A stretch of 64,000 nt of DNA from an uncultured Eubacteriales bacterium. GTDB lineage: Bacteria > Bacillota > Clostridia > Christensenellales > CAG-138. Shown one piece after another: positions 1 through 9,283 of this stretch. The DNA is taken from positions 1,855 through 65,854 of the forward strand of contig UQXE01000001.1 of NCBI GenBank assembly GCA_900544965.1, read 5' to 3'. The position numbers and the translations under genes are program-made. Within the stretch, counting starts at the first letter, position 1. Every line of letters begins with the position of its first letter. A model generated the notes under the pieces. It had not been told where the DNA came from and ran no database searches. It worked only from the letters and a program-made list of their open reading frames with translations.

Positions 1-173
1 AATGTCTGAAGGCTGGTGAGGAAACTCCTGTTCTATTCGATTCGGTGAGCTTTTCTTCTGAAGCTGGAAACAGCTATATGAATGCAATGCTTAACGTGAC
101 CGTTGAGGCAAGCGCTATACAAGCAGCAAACGGCGCCGCCGCAGATGAATGGGGATTTACCCCTGGAGAATAA
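1..173 (+). CDS. C-terminal fragment of a TasA/camelysin-like (peptidase M73-like) exported protein; the 5' end lies outside the window
   Basis: Frame 3 is open from the window edge to TAA at 171-173. The tail reads ...SFSSEAGNSYMNAMLNVTVEASAIQAANG..., with the GN-x-Y ... EA-x-Q pattern I associate with the TasA/camelysin family, and it resembles the next ORF. Confidence 0.4.
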   Translation, partial: CLKAGEETPVLFDSVSFSSEAGNSYMNAMLNVTVEASAIQAANGAAADEWGFTPGE

Positions 174-224
174 TGCGGCCCCACCCATCGAAGTGTAATT
201 ACTTTATTTGAGGATGGTTTTTAT

Positions 225-878
225 ATGACAAAGCGTAAATCATTTAAGATTATTATTCTAACAATAATTGTAGCATTACTCCTGTTGAGTACAATCGGAG
301 TTGTTTTGGCTGAATCAGCCGGCTACATGACCGATTACGTTTTTTTCCCTGATGGCTCCGATCTGTTCAGTAATTTTAAGGGGGTTATGCCTGGGGACGA
401 ACTTGTTCAAGATATAAGGCTTGTCAACATGCACTATAAGAAATTAACGTATAAAACCTTTATCCGGGCCGAAACCCCAGACGAGCAATATATTCCGTTT
501 CTGGAACAGCTAAATTTAAAGGTTGAGCAGCTCGACGCAAATGGAAACTCTACCAACGTTTTGTTCGATGGGAAACCCTCTGAAACAGGGCCGTTAAACT
601 CAAATGTTTTTTTGGCTGAACTTGCTCCTCTTAAGGCCACAGAGCTGCGGGTGAGTCTCAGCGTTCCTAAAACGCTTGGCAATGAATATCAAAATACCAC
701 GGGCGCAATAAAATGGTATTTTAGCGCATATGAAAGGACGGGCTCTTCCGAACCCGATACGCCAGGTACGCCGACAACAGGAACCTTCGGCCCACCATTA
801 ATCTTTATAATAATACTTCTTGCGGCAGCGTGCACTTTGCTTTCAATAGCGGTGATACGCAGCAGGAAGAAGGTATAA
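225..878 (+). CDS. TasA/camelysin-like exported protein with a C-terminal sortase-type anchor (Pro/Thr-rich TPTTG, hydrophobic helix, RSRKKV tail)
   Basis: 217-aa ORF with a GAGGATGG SD upstream. It has an N-terminal signal/TM segment followed by AESAGYMTDY, a LGNEYQNTTGAIKWYFSA motif, and C-terminal PTTGTFGPPLIFIIILLAAACTLLSIAVIRSRKKV. Confidence 0.5.
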   Translation: MTKRKSFKIIILTIIVALLLLSTIGVVLAESAGYMTDYVFFPDGSDLFSNFKGVMPGDELVQDIRLVNMHYKKLTYKTFIRAETPDEQYIPFLEQLNLKVEQLDANGNSTNVLFDGKPSETGPLNSNVFLAELAPLKATELRVSLSVPKTLGNEYQNTTGAIKWYFSAYERTGSSEPDTPGTPTTGTFGPPLIFIIILLAAACTLLSIAVIRSRKKV

Positions 879-884
879 GCTTGG

Positions 885-914
885 ATCCCACGGGAAAAAC
901 CGTGGGATTTTTTG
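885..914 (+). terminator. Rho-independent terminator after the TasA-like gene
   Basis: ATCCCACGG (885-893), loop GAAAAA, CCGTGGGAT (900-908), followed by TTTTTT. Confidence 0.75.
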
Positions 915-1107
915 TGTTTTCCATTTATGAAAAGTGTGGTATAATTGTTAATTGTATTGTATGTTTCCAGCGCTTAAGCGGAAGCTGAAGTTTTACATAT
1001 ACACTATTTTATCCGCAAAGTTTTGTTACCAATATGTATGATATTGGTATTTAAAGGCGATGCTGATAAATATTAATAAAACAGTAAATCACCGTATGGA
1101 GATGAAC

Positions 1108-1476
1108 ATGGTAATTGGCACAGGAATTGACATAATAGAAGTAGGAAGAATAGCAAATGCTTCTTCCCGTCCGGCATTTATGGAACGTCTGTTTACAGAT
1201 GTGGAAAGATCATATTTCAGAGTTAAGAATAATGATCCGCAAACCATTGCCGGCATGTTCGCGGCCAAAGAGGCATCGTTTAAGGCTCTTTCGTCAGGTT
1301 TTGACAGCATCGATTGGAAGGACATTGAAATAGTTCACGACGAAACTGGAAAGCCGAATGTTACCCTCCACGATACAGCTACAAGGCGAATGAAGGCACT
1401 TGGCGGCAGCGAAATACACATTAGTATTTCTCATATAAAGGAGTTAGCAATAGCACAGGCCATACTGGTAGGTTAA
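1108..1476 (+). CDS. acpS: holo-[acyl-carrier-protein] synthase
   Basis: MVIGTGIDIIEVGRI... is a typical AcpS N-terminus. GGAG lies 6-7 nt upstream of the ATG at 1108, so the longer ORF from 1060 is an upstream extension. Confidence 0.85.
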   Translation: MVIGTGIDIIEVGRIANASSRPAFMERLFTDVERSYFRVKNNDPQTIAGMFAAKEASFKALSSGFDSIDWKDIEIVHDETGKPNVTLHDTATRRMKALGGSEIHISISHIKELAIAQAILVG

Positions 1477-1495
1477 CGGCTAAGCTGTTTTGATT

Positions 1496-3004
1496 ATGAA
1501 AAGGGTTTTGACCGCAGAGGCCATGCGCAACCTTGATGCGCATATTATAAACGAAACCGGAACTCCTGGGTCCGTTCTCATGGAGAATGCCGCACACGCA
1601 TTATTCAAGCATGTGCTTTGCCACATTAATTCAGAAAGCCGTGTGTTAATTATATGCGGAAAAGGTAATAACGGAGGCGACGGATTGGCGCTGCTGCGTA
1701 TACTTCATATGAACGGAGTGAACGCATCCGCCGCCCTGTTATGCGAGGATTCGGAGTTAAAGGGTGATGCAGCCATAAACATAAGGTCGGTTAGGAATAT
1801 AGGTCTTCCTTGTGTAAATGTAAAGGATGAAGGTGAAATCTCCAATCTGACATCAGCTAACAATATAATAGTGGATGCTATCTTTGGTACGGGGCTTTCC
1901 CGAAATGTTACAGGATTGCCGGCAAAAGCCATAGAGTCTATGAATAAAGCTGAGGCGTATCGCATAGCCGTTGACATTCCGTCGGGCATATGTTCCGATA
2001 CAGGTAAGGTTCTGGGGATTGCATTTAAAGCTGACGCTACCGTAACCTTTCAACATCTAAAGCGCGGCCTTATTCTGTTTCCAGGTCGTGAATACTCAGG
2101 TAAGCTTGAGATCGCCCCAATAGGCATGAATTCCAAGGGATACAAATTTGATAAATGCGAATACTGCCTGGAATACGACGACATAGTCCGGCTTATTCCA
2201 AAACGGCTACCAGACTCACATAAAGGGAGTCACGGCCGCGCGCTTCTTATAGCTGGAAGCGAAGGCTTTTTTGGCGCGTCCGTTATGTCGGCAAGAGCAA
2301 CGCTCAGGGCTGGAGCGGGTTTATTGAAGGTCGTGGTTCCTGGCGAAATAAGCCCAGCGCTTTTTGCGGTCCCTGAAGCTATGGTTAACCCAATGCCGGA
2401 AGGCGGTTGGGACGGCGCTGATATGCTAAAACTTGACAGTCTCATCGACTGGGCGGACTGCATAGCCGTAGGCCCCGGTATGGGTCGAGACGAAGGGGTA
2501 AAAAGGGTTGTCAGCCGCGTCCTGCAATCGGGCAAGCCCTCAGTCTTAGACGCTGACGCGCTTAACGCCATATCAGGCGATGCTAGTCTCTATGAATATC
2601 TTCATCCAAATAGCGTCCTTACACCGCACGCCGGCGAGATGGCCCGCCTTTGCGCGTGCAGCGCTTTGGATGTAAAGCGGGATCCCGTTGGGTTTGCGTC
2701 GATGTTCTCTAAAAGATGGAATGCAAACCTGCTCTTAAAAGGCGCTACCAGTGTTATTTGCTCTTCTAGAGGCAATATAGCTTATAATCTTACAGGTAAT
2801 CCAGGGCTTGCAAAAGGTGGCAGCGGCGATGTTTTAACCGGTATCATACTTGCCATGATGGCACAAGGCCTGCAACCGTTTGAAGCCGCTTGCGCGGGCG
2901 CCTATCTGCTGGGAAAAGCGGCGGATAAAGCGGCGGAAACGATCAGTTTAAGGGCGATAACCTCAAGTGACGTAGTAGAAGCGCTAAAAGCTGTGATTGC
3001 ATAA
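1496..3004 (+). CDS. nnr: bifunctional NAD(P)H-hydrate repair enzyme (epimerase / ADP-dependent dehydratase)
   Basis: About 500 aa, with an N-terminal YjeF_N-like part (GKGNNGGDG) and a C-terminal carbohydrate-kinase-like part (HKGSHGR..., GSGDVLTG). The start is uncertain (TTG 1490 or ATG 1496). Confidence 0.85.
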   Translation: MKRVLTAEAMRNLDAHIINETGTPGSVLMENAAHALFKHVLCHINSESRVLIICGKGNNGGDGLALLRILHMNGVNASAALLCEDSELKGDAAINIRSVRNIGLPCVNVKDEGEISNLTSANNIIVDAIFGTGLSRNVTGLPAKAIESMNKAEAYRIAVDIPSGICSDTGKVLGIAFKADATVTFQHLKRGLILFPGREYSGKLEIAPIGMNSKGYKFDKCEYCLEYDDIVRLIPKRLPDSHKGSHGRALLIAGSEGFFGASVMSARATLRAGAGLLKVVVPGEISPALFAVPEAMVNPMPEGGWDGADMLKLDSLIDWADCIAVGPGMGRDEGVKRVVSRVLQSGKPSVLDADALNAISGDASLYEYLHPNSVLTPHAGEMARLCACSALDVKRDPVGFASMFSKRWNANLLLKGATSVICSSRGNIAYNLTGNPGLAKGGSGDVLTGIILAMMAQGLQPFEAACAGAYLLGKAADKAAETISLRAITSSDVVEALKAVIA

Positions 3005-3029
3005 GAAAAAGCTATCATAAAATATTAAA

Positions 3030-3076
3030 GGGTTATAAAATCGTGCTATTGACACGATTTTATAACCCCTGTTTTT
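3030..3076. terminator. bidirectional terminator between the convergent nnr and Mn-catalase genes
   Basis: Perfect 16-bp stem GGGTTATAAAATCGTG / CACGATTTTATAACCC with a 7-nt loop, a T-run downstream and an A-rich stretch upstream. Confidence 0.8.
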
Positions 3077-3123
3077 ATTCAGCATATCCAGCGCTTTTAT
3101 TGCCGTGTAATCATGACCGCTTA

Positions 3124-3798
3124 TTATTTTGTGGTAAAATCAAAAGCAGGCGCCTGGCTCTTGGCCGGATCAAAGCTATTATTACCTGGCCTTGAAAGGT
3201 CAAAATATATTCTCGAGTCATTTGTTACGCCCCAGTCGTTCTGGGAGCCTGAATCCTGTATTCGGTTGAACGCCTCCCTAAACATCGTATTGTGGGCCTC
3301 CTCTCTGTTTAGAAGAAAATCAATCATCTCCCTGACGCCATTGTCATTTATCTGTCGATAGAGATACTGATATACCACTTTTGCCCTTTGTTCAGAAGCT
3401 ATATCGGATAGTATATCGGCCGCTAAATCACCGGTTTCGTTTACATAAGCGGCTGTCCAAAGATATCCTGAAGCGTTGGCCAGCATGGGCGTAAGCCCTG
3501 AAAGAACGTGTGCCTCAATATTTCCTATGGAAGCGTTCATCGCATCGGGATCATGGCCGTTAAGCAGGCTGACCGCTGTGGCAACCATCTCCATGTGCCC
3601 CAACTCTTCGGATGCGATATCAAGGAACAGATCCTTTATGTCGGGATCCTTTATTCTCATACTTTGGGACAGGTATTGCATAGCCGCCTTCAGCTCTCCT
3701 TGCGGGCCTCCGAGCTGCTCTTGAAGCATGGCCGCATAGTTGGCGTTTGGGCCGTCTACGCGTACGTTTTGAAGAAGTCTTTTCTCATGTCTAAACAT
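3124..3798 (-). CDS. manganese catalase family protein (CotJC-like)
   Basis: The N-terminus MFRHEKRLLQNVRVDGPNANYAAMLQEQLGGPQGELKAAMQYLSQ and the ASEELGHMEM di-metal motif are typical of Mn catalase/CotJC. Confidence 0.8.
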   Translation of the reverse strand: MFRHEKRLLQNVRVDGPNANYAAMLQEQLGGPQGELKAAMQYLSQSMRIKDPDIKDLFLDIASEELGHMEMVATAVSLLNGHDPDAMNASIGNIEAHVLSGLTPMLANASGYLWTAAYVNETGDLAADILSDIASEQRAKVVYQYLYRQINDNGVREMIDFLLNREEAHNTMFREAFNRIQDSGSQNDWGVTNDSRIYFDLSRPGNNSFDPAKSQAPAFDFTTK

Positions 3799-3996
3799 TT
3801 ATGTTTACCGCCTTTCTTGCAATGTAGCTATTAAATATTATGTTTTTATTTTGACTGAACGGAGGCATTTATATTCAAGCAGAAAGTATTACAAATCAGC
3901 ATAGATATGAACAATATGTAAAGCCAATTGCCGTATTATACCGCCTTATGCTATACTATCATTGGCTAAATCTATACTCGAAAGGGATATGATGAC

Positions 3997-6777
3997 ATGG
4001 ATTCCTACAAAACAAACGATTCACATGATGGTAAAACCCGTTTAAGGCGAACCTACAGACCGGAAGATACGGATAATATATTTTTTGATGTCAAAAATAA
4101 ACAAAAGACAAAAATAAAAGACCTGTTTGTGCAGCGCAAGGACACAAAACCTTTTCCTCTGGCGGTTCTGTTCAGTACGCTGAAGGTGATGATAGTGTCG
4201 CTGATTCTCATAGGATGCGCATGCTTCGGTTTGGTGCTTGGCGTCGCAAAGGCATATGTGGACACTACCCCTGAGCTGGATGTTTCCCAGCTGACCAAAA
4301 GCGACCGCACATCCTTTATCTATGATAAAGACGGCGACCTGATTACCACGTTTTCGGGGTTAGAATACAGGGACTGGGTAGACATTGATGAAATACCCGA
4401 TATGCTGAAAAACGCCGTTATTGCCATTGAGGACGTAAGGTTTTATAAGCATAACGGAGTGGACATAAAAAGGCTTGTTTCCGCTATAATAAACACGTTT
4501 TTAAATCAGAATACCCATGGCGGAAGCACTATAACTCAGCAGCTGATAAAAAATAAGATTTTATCAAACGAGCAGTCCTACAAGCGCAAGATTCAGGAGG
4601 CCTATCTGGCGCTGGAGCTTGAGAATACCATTGATAAGGACCATATTTTAGAAGCCTATATGAACGATGTATACCTCGGGGAGTCAAACTATGGCGTAAA
4701 GGCGGCTGCAGAGGACTATTTTGGCAAGGAGCTATCCGAATTGTCCATTAGGGAATGCGCCATGATAGCCGGCCTTATACAAAAGCCCTATTATACCAAT
4801 CCACGGGCGAATACGTATACACGCACCTATACGGAGGGTGAAAAAAAAGGCCAAAATAAGATGGACATCACTGAAGAGCGTACAAATACAGTTATATGGG
4901 CTATGTATGACGCTGGATTTATAACCTCTGAACAGCGTGAGACTGCTCTCAATGATAAGGTGAAAATTCTGCAATTCTCTGAACAGAAGCAGATGTATGA
5001 TATGCCTTACTTTGTCGAATATGCCATTTATGACGTTGTCACGCATATGCTCATCCAGCGCAATATGCTGGATACAAAGGAGAACCGCACCTCTATTGAA
5101 AACGAACTGAGGACGGGCGGCTATCATATCTATACAACTGTTGATACACAAATGCAGCACCTTGTTCAGGATACAATAACGAACTGGGATAAGTATCCTG
5201 AACTTGCCGATCCATCAACCGCCATTGATTACACATCCGGTCAGGGCATTATACAGCCCCAGGCGTCCGCGGTAGTATTCGATTATCATACGGGCGAGCT
5301 TAGGGCAATAATCGGAGGAAGAACTCCCCCTACGGTAAAAAAGGCTTGGAATCGCGCCTATATGAGCAACAACCCTGTGGGCTCCTCAATAAAACCTATT
5401 GCGGTATATGGTCCCGCCCTTGATCTAGGCGCCTCTCCAGCTACTATCATAGCGAATTTCCCAGGAGAAATTGAAGGATATGGCGGCAAAGGTTATCCTG
5501 CGCTTGGCAGCTCAAAGTGGATGGGACCGGTAACGATAAGGCGCGGTGTTGTGTCCTCTTTGAACGTAGTGGCTGCGAGGACGCTGTTTGAGTACGTTAC
5601 ACCGGCCACGTCCACCGATTATCTGGCCAACCTTGGGATAGACAGGTCTAGGATAAACTCCGATGGACCTGGGCTTGCGCTTGGTACATCGGGGATTACC
5701 CCTATTGAGATGGCGGCAGCGTTCGGAGCCATAGCAAACGGAGGCGAATACATAGAGCCTATGGCGTTTACCCGTGTTGTAGACTCAAACGGCAAGATAA
5801 TAATTGATGCAAATGATGTCAGGGAAACGCGTCAGGTATTCAAACGTTCCACCGCGTACATGTTAATAGACATGCTTACAAATGCTGTAAACAGCGGTAC
5901 CGGTACAAGAGCCAAGATCGACGGCATGACGGTGGCTGGCAAGACCGGCACCAATGACGAGTATACGAGCGCATATTTTGCTGGGATGACGCCATATTAC
6001 TCAGCCTCCATCTGGGTTGGTCACGATCAGTATAAAAATAAGCTTAGAAGCGGTTCAACAGGTGGAAACTCCGCCGCGCCGCTATGGCAGGCGTTTATGT
6101 CCCAGATCCACGAAGGTTATACGGATAAGCCCATCATGGACGATTCCCCAGTACAGCTTGGATTGGAAAGACGTACTGTATGTTCAATATCCGGACTTTT
6201 AGCGACAGAAGCCTGTAAACATGATACGGGGGGACATACCCCTGTTACCGATTGGTTTTACAGCGATGATATTCCCACTGAATCCTGTAATATGCATGTA
6301 ATCGTTGAATTGTGCTCAACTTCTCATGAACCTGCTTCCATCTACTGTCAGCCCTACGGAACCACTACCGGAAGCGTTGTGTTAATATCGTCCGAATCAA
6401 TGTATAGCCAGTTCTCAAAAGAGGATGTACTGGCCGCAATGCCAAACGCTGTGTTTACCGACGCAACTATTGAGGAGTATGCGGCAAACGCAGATCCCGC
6501 TTTACTATGCGGCTTGCATACGCCGCCATACCATGGAGGCGGTGACGGCCTTAGTCAGGCGGTCATTGCGGCAAACGAATTGATAACTGATGTCCAAACC
6601 TACCTTAATACTGTAGTAGCGCTGCCTGAAACCGAACGTTCTACACTTGAAAACGGTATAAGCTTGCTTAGGACAGCGTTAGACAACAGTGACTTGGATG
6701 AAATAAGGAACTATACAAGCTCGTTGGAGTATAATTACGGTATAATAAAGGGTAATTATCCTCCTCCTGCCTTGTAG
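3997..6777 (+). CDS. class A penicillin-binding protein (glycosyltransferase + transpeptidase), PBP1A type
   Basis: 926 aa with an N-terminal TM segment. GT51 motifs are present (IAIEDVRFYKHNGVD, GGSTITQQL), as are transpeptidase SxxK (GSSIKP) and KTGT. Confidence 0.9.
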   Translation: MDSYKTNDSHDGKTRLRRTYRPEDTDNIFFDVKNKQKTKIKDLFVQRKDTKPFPLAVLFSTLKVMIVSLILIGCACFGLVLGVAKAYVDTTPELDVSQLTKSDRTSFIYDKDGDLITTFSGLEYRDWVDIDEIPDMLKNAVIAIEDVRFYKHNGVDIKRLVSAIINTFLNQNTHGGSTITQQLIKNKILSNEQSYKRKIQEAYLALELENTIDKDHILEAYMNDVYLGESNYGVKAAAEDYFGKELSELSIRECAMIAGLIQKPYYTNPRANTYTRTYTEGEKKGQNKMDITEERTNTVIWAMYDAGFITSEQRETALNDKVKILQFSEQKQMYDMPYFVEYAIYDVVTHMLIQRNMLDTKENRTSIENELRTGGYHIYTTVDTQMQHLVQDTITNWDKYPELADPSTAIDYTSGQGIIQPQASAVVFDYHTGELRAIIGGRTPPTVKKAWNRAYMSNNPVGSSIKPIAVYGPALDLGASPATIIANFPGEIEGYGGKGYPALGSSKWMGPVTIRRGVVSSLNVVAARTLFEYVTPATSTDYLANLGIDRSRINSDGPGLALGTSGITPIEMAAAFGAIANGGEYIEPMAFTRVVDSNGKIIIDANDVRETRQVFKRSTAYMLIDMLTNAVNSGTGTRAKIDGMTVAGKTGTNDEYTSAYFAGMTPYYSASIWVGHDQYKNKLRSGSTGGNSAAPLWQAFMSQIHEGYTDKPIMDDSPVQLGLERRTVCSISGLLATEACKHDTGGHTPVTDWFYSDDIPTESCNMHVIVELCSTSHEPASIYCQPYGTTTGSVVLISSESMYSQFSKEDVLAAMPNAVFTDATIEEYAANADPALLCGLHTPPYHGGGDGLSQAVIAANELITDVQTYLNTVVALPETERSTLENGISLLRTALDNSDLDEIRNYTSSLEYNYGIIKGNYPPPAL

Positions 6778-6907
6778 CGATTAGAAAAGGTCAAATATTG
6801 TAATCTATTTGCACTTTACCAAAACATCGATCTGATATATAATACAGATATGCCAGAGTATGAACGGCAGTATATAACTTGATTACACTGGAGGGAGGCC
6901 TTTTAAT

Positions 6908-7171
6908 ATGGACGTGAAGTATTGTCAAAGCTGTGCTATGCCGCTCAGCACGGACGAGCTGTTAGGAACGGAAGCCGACGGAAGCAAGAATGAGGAATAC
7001 TGTGTATATTGTTATTCCGACGGATCGTTTACGTCTGAATGTACGATGGATGAGATGATTGAGCAATGCATTCCGTTCATGGTGGAGTCAAATCCAAACA
7101 TGAGCGAGGGGGCTGCGCGCAAGATGTTAAATGATGTATTTCCAATGCTCAAGCGCTGGAAGAAAGAATAA
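6908..7171 (+). CDS. small zinc-ribbon domain protein
   Basis: 87 aa with CQSC...CVYC cysteine pairs and a GGAGGGAGG SD upstream. Confidence 0.6.
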   Translation: MDVKYCQSCAMPLSTDELLGTEADGSKNEEYCVYCYSDGSFTSECTMDEMIEQCIPFMVESNPNMSEGAARKMLNDVFPMLKRWKKE

Positions 7172-7189
7172 CCTACAGGAGGCGATTAC

Positions 7190-8362
7190 ATGAAGTATAC
7201 CAGGTTTCTGCAAGCGGTCTCAATCGCATTGCTTTCCGCAAGCATTCTGTTCACCCCAGCAAGCCGTCAGGCGCGTGCGGAGGATAGCGTAGAGCGCGAA
7301 TACGGGCAGGTTACTTCATCCGATGTAAACTTGCGTGTTGAACCTAATACGGAGTGCGATATTATTACCAAACTTGCTTTGGATACGCGCCTGGAAGTAC
7401 TGGCGTATGATAATGGCTGGTATAGGGTGTTATACGAGGACTCTGTGGGATACATACGCGGCGACTATCTTTTTGTTAATACAAACGGCACCCGGGGCGC
7501 ATACGTGCTTGAAGATGGGGTTAATCTCTATGGCGGGCCCTCCTCAAGCTCATATATAATTAAAGAGCTTACGGGCGGCCAAGGAATTAAGGTTAAAGCT
7601 ATGATCGGCGAGTGGTGTTTTGCGCTAATAGGCGATAGCAGCGGTTATGTAAGATACGACAAGCTCCGTATGACAAGAGGCTCTACCGCGGAGGAAAACC
7701 AGCTTCGCATGGGTATGGAAGGCGCGGATATACGAAAGCTGCAACAGGAGCTATATGATAGGGGATTTTTATCAAAGGCCGATATAACAGGACTGTTTGG
7801 AGCTAAGACAAGAACTGCAGTGCTGGAATTTCAAGAGCTTGCAAATCTATCCGTTGACGGTATAGTCGGATCGGAAACCCTTAATGCCGTATATGACTCA
7901 GGCAACAACATACGCAAGGAGAATGCGGTCTTTAATCAGGTAAAGGGGACGGTTGAGCTTCTTGATTGGTTTAAGGGAGGCTCTGAATGGATGGCTAAGG
8001 GCAAAAACTTTACCATTACTGATGTAAGAACAGGGCTTAGCTTCAGAGTCCGACGCTTTGGCGGGTGGTATCATGCGGACAGCGTTCCTCTAACAGCCGC
8101 AGACACTAAAATTATGTTTGAAATATCAAACAACAGCTGGTCGTGGAACAGAAGACCCATATGGGTTACATCAGGCGGAAGAACGGTTGCCGCAAGCATG
8201 CACACCATGCCTCATCTCTCAAATCCTATTCCTTCTAACAATTTTGGGGGGCATTTCTGTATTCATCTGTACAATTCTAAGGTGCATGAAAACAGCAAGG
8301 CCTGTCCGAGACATCAGTCATGCGTACAGGAGGCATATCGGGCAGGCAGGCCCCAGGACTGA
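7190..8362 (+). CDS. secreted SH3-domain / peptidoglycan-binding-domain cell-wall protein
   Basis: It carries a signal peptide, two SH3b-like repeats (VNLRVEPN..., GWYRV), and a PG_binding_1-like segment (IRKLQQELYDRGFL...DGIVGSETL). The C-terminal domain is uncharacterised. Confidence 0.6.
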   Translation: MKYTRFLQAVSIALLSASILFTPASRQARAEDSVEREYGQVTSSDVNLRVEPNTECDIITKLALDTRLEVLAYDNGWYRVLYEDSVGYIRGDYLFVNTNGTRGAYVLEDGVNLYGGPSSSSYIIKELTGGQGIKVKAMIGEWCFALIGDSSGYVRYDKLRMTRGSTAEENQLRMGMEGADIRKLQQELYDRGFLSKADITGLFGAKTRTAVLEFQELANLSVDGIVGSETLNAVYDSGNNIRKENAVFNQVKGTVELLDWFKGGSEWMAKGKNFTITDVRTGLSFRVRRFGGWYHADSVPLTAADTKIMFEISNNSWSWNRRPIWVTSGGRTVAASMHTMPHLSNPIPSNNFGGHFCIHLYNSKVHENSKACPRHQSCVQEAYRAGRPQD

Positions 8363-8479
8363 TTGTTAGTTCTCTAAAGTAAATGCAAGCGTACAATGGT
8401 AAAGCTATCGTGCGCTTGCATTGCGTCACTAAAGCAGTAATACCGTTCATGCTTTTTTATTGTTTATTTTAAGAGTTAA

Positions 8480-8922
8480 CATCAGCATCTATCCTACAAT
8501 AATTATTACTCCACCTGCCGCAATTAATATATTAGTAAAATAATGGGGAATATAAACGCCTGTGAAACCATAGGCTTTTTATTAACCCTAATATTTTTCA
8601 AATGCAAGCTTCGCCACCGCGCTAATTGCCATGTTAACATCACCTATTGACGAAATGATAAACCCTGAATATATCTCTTTATCCAATTTAAGGTATCTGA
8701 GGGTTCAGCCTAGCCACTGGGGCAATTCGTTTTCGGCCTTTCCCGATTCATTAAGGGGCAGTATCAGCAGTAATCTCTAATACCTCTTCAGGAGCAATTA
8801 TCTTATAAACTCCCGGTGTCGCGCCGCCCAACTCCCACTTTGAAACCGTCGGCGGCTTACTCCTTAGGCAAGAACCCCTTGCGACGTTTTCTTTAGCTTT
8901 CAATAATAATAAGTTTTTTCAT
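8480..8922 (-). pseudogene. decayed XRE-type HTH gene with a hydrophobic tail (remnants only)
   Basis: Minus-strand reading from the ATG at 8922 gives MKKLIIIES-stop-RKRRKGFLPKE-stop. A frame shift then gives ...TVSKWELGGATPGVYKIIAPEEVLEI..., which is HTH_3-like. Further downstream only short hydrophobic fragments appear in shifting frames. Confidence 0.3.
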
Positions 8923-9283
8923 TGAGTTTCAAAAATACCCTCTTTTATGCTGTTATGCTATAGTTCGTGCTTAATCAATTATATTGATTTCTGGAGTTGC
9001 ATTCTACCATACAGAGCTTGAATGTCCGCAGCTGCCGCTTGCTTTCTTTTTTGTTTTGATTATATAAAATTTATGGTGAACTTTCCACTCAGGCTTGAAG
9101 TCTATGTGCAGGCTGTAGTATTTTTTAGGTTGTTAAGTAACAATATTTAATTATTGCTTTCATCCAAAACTGCAATCTGGCATTTAATTGCTTGCAAGAC
9201 TCAATTACACCAAACGATCCATTCAGGACCTGTACGCTGTATTAATAGCAAAAAATCTGTTAATACTTAGACTGAAAGGAAGG

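Noticed and set aside
3476-3834. Plus-strand ORFs of 82 and 108 aa, and 3113-3361
   Set aside because: They are antisense to the Mn-catalase gene, which has clear family motifs.
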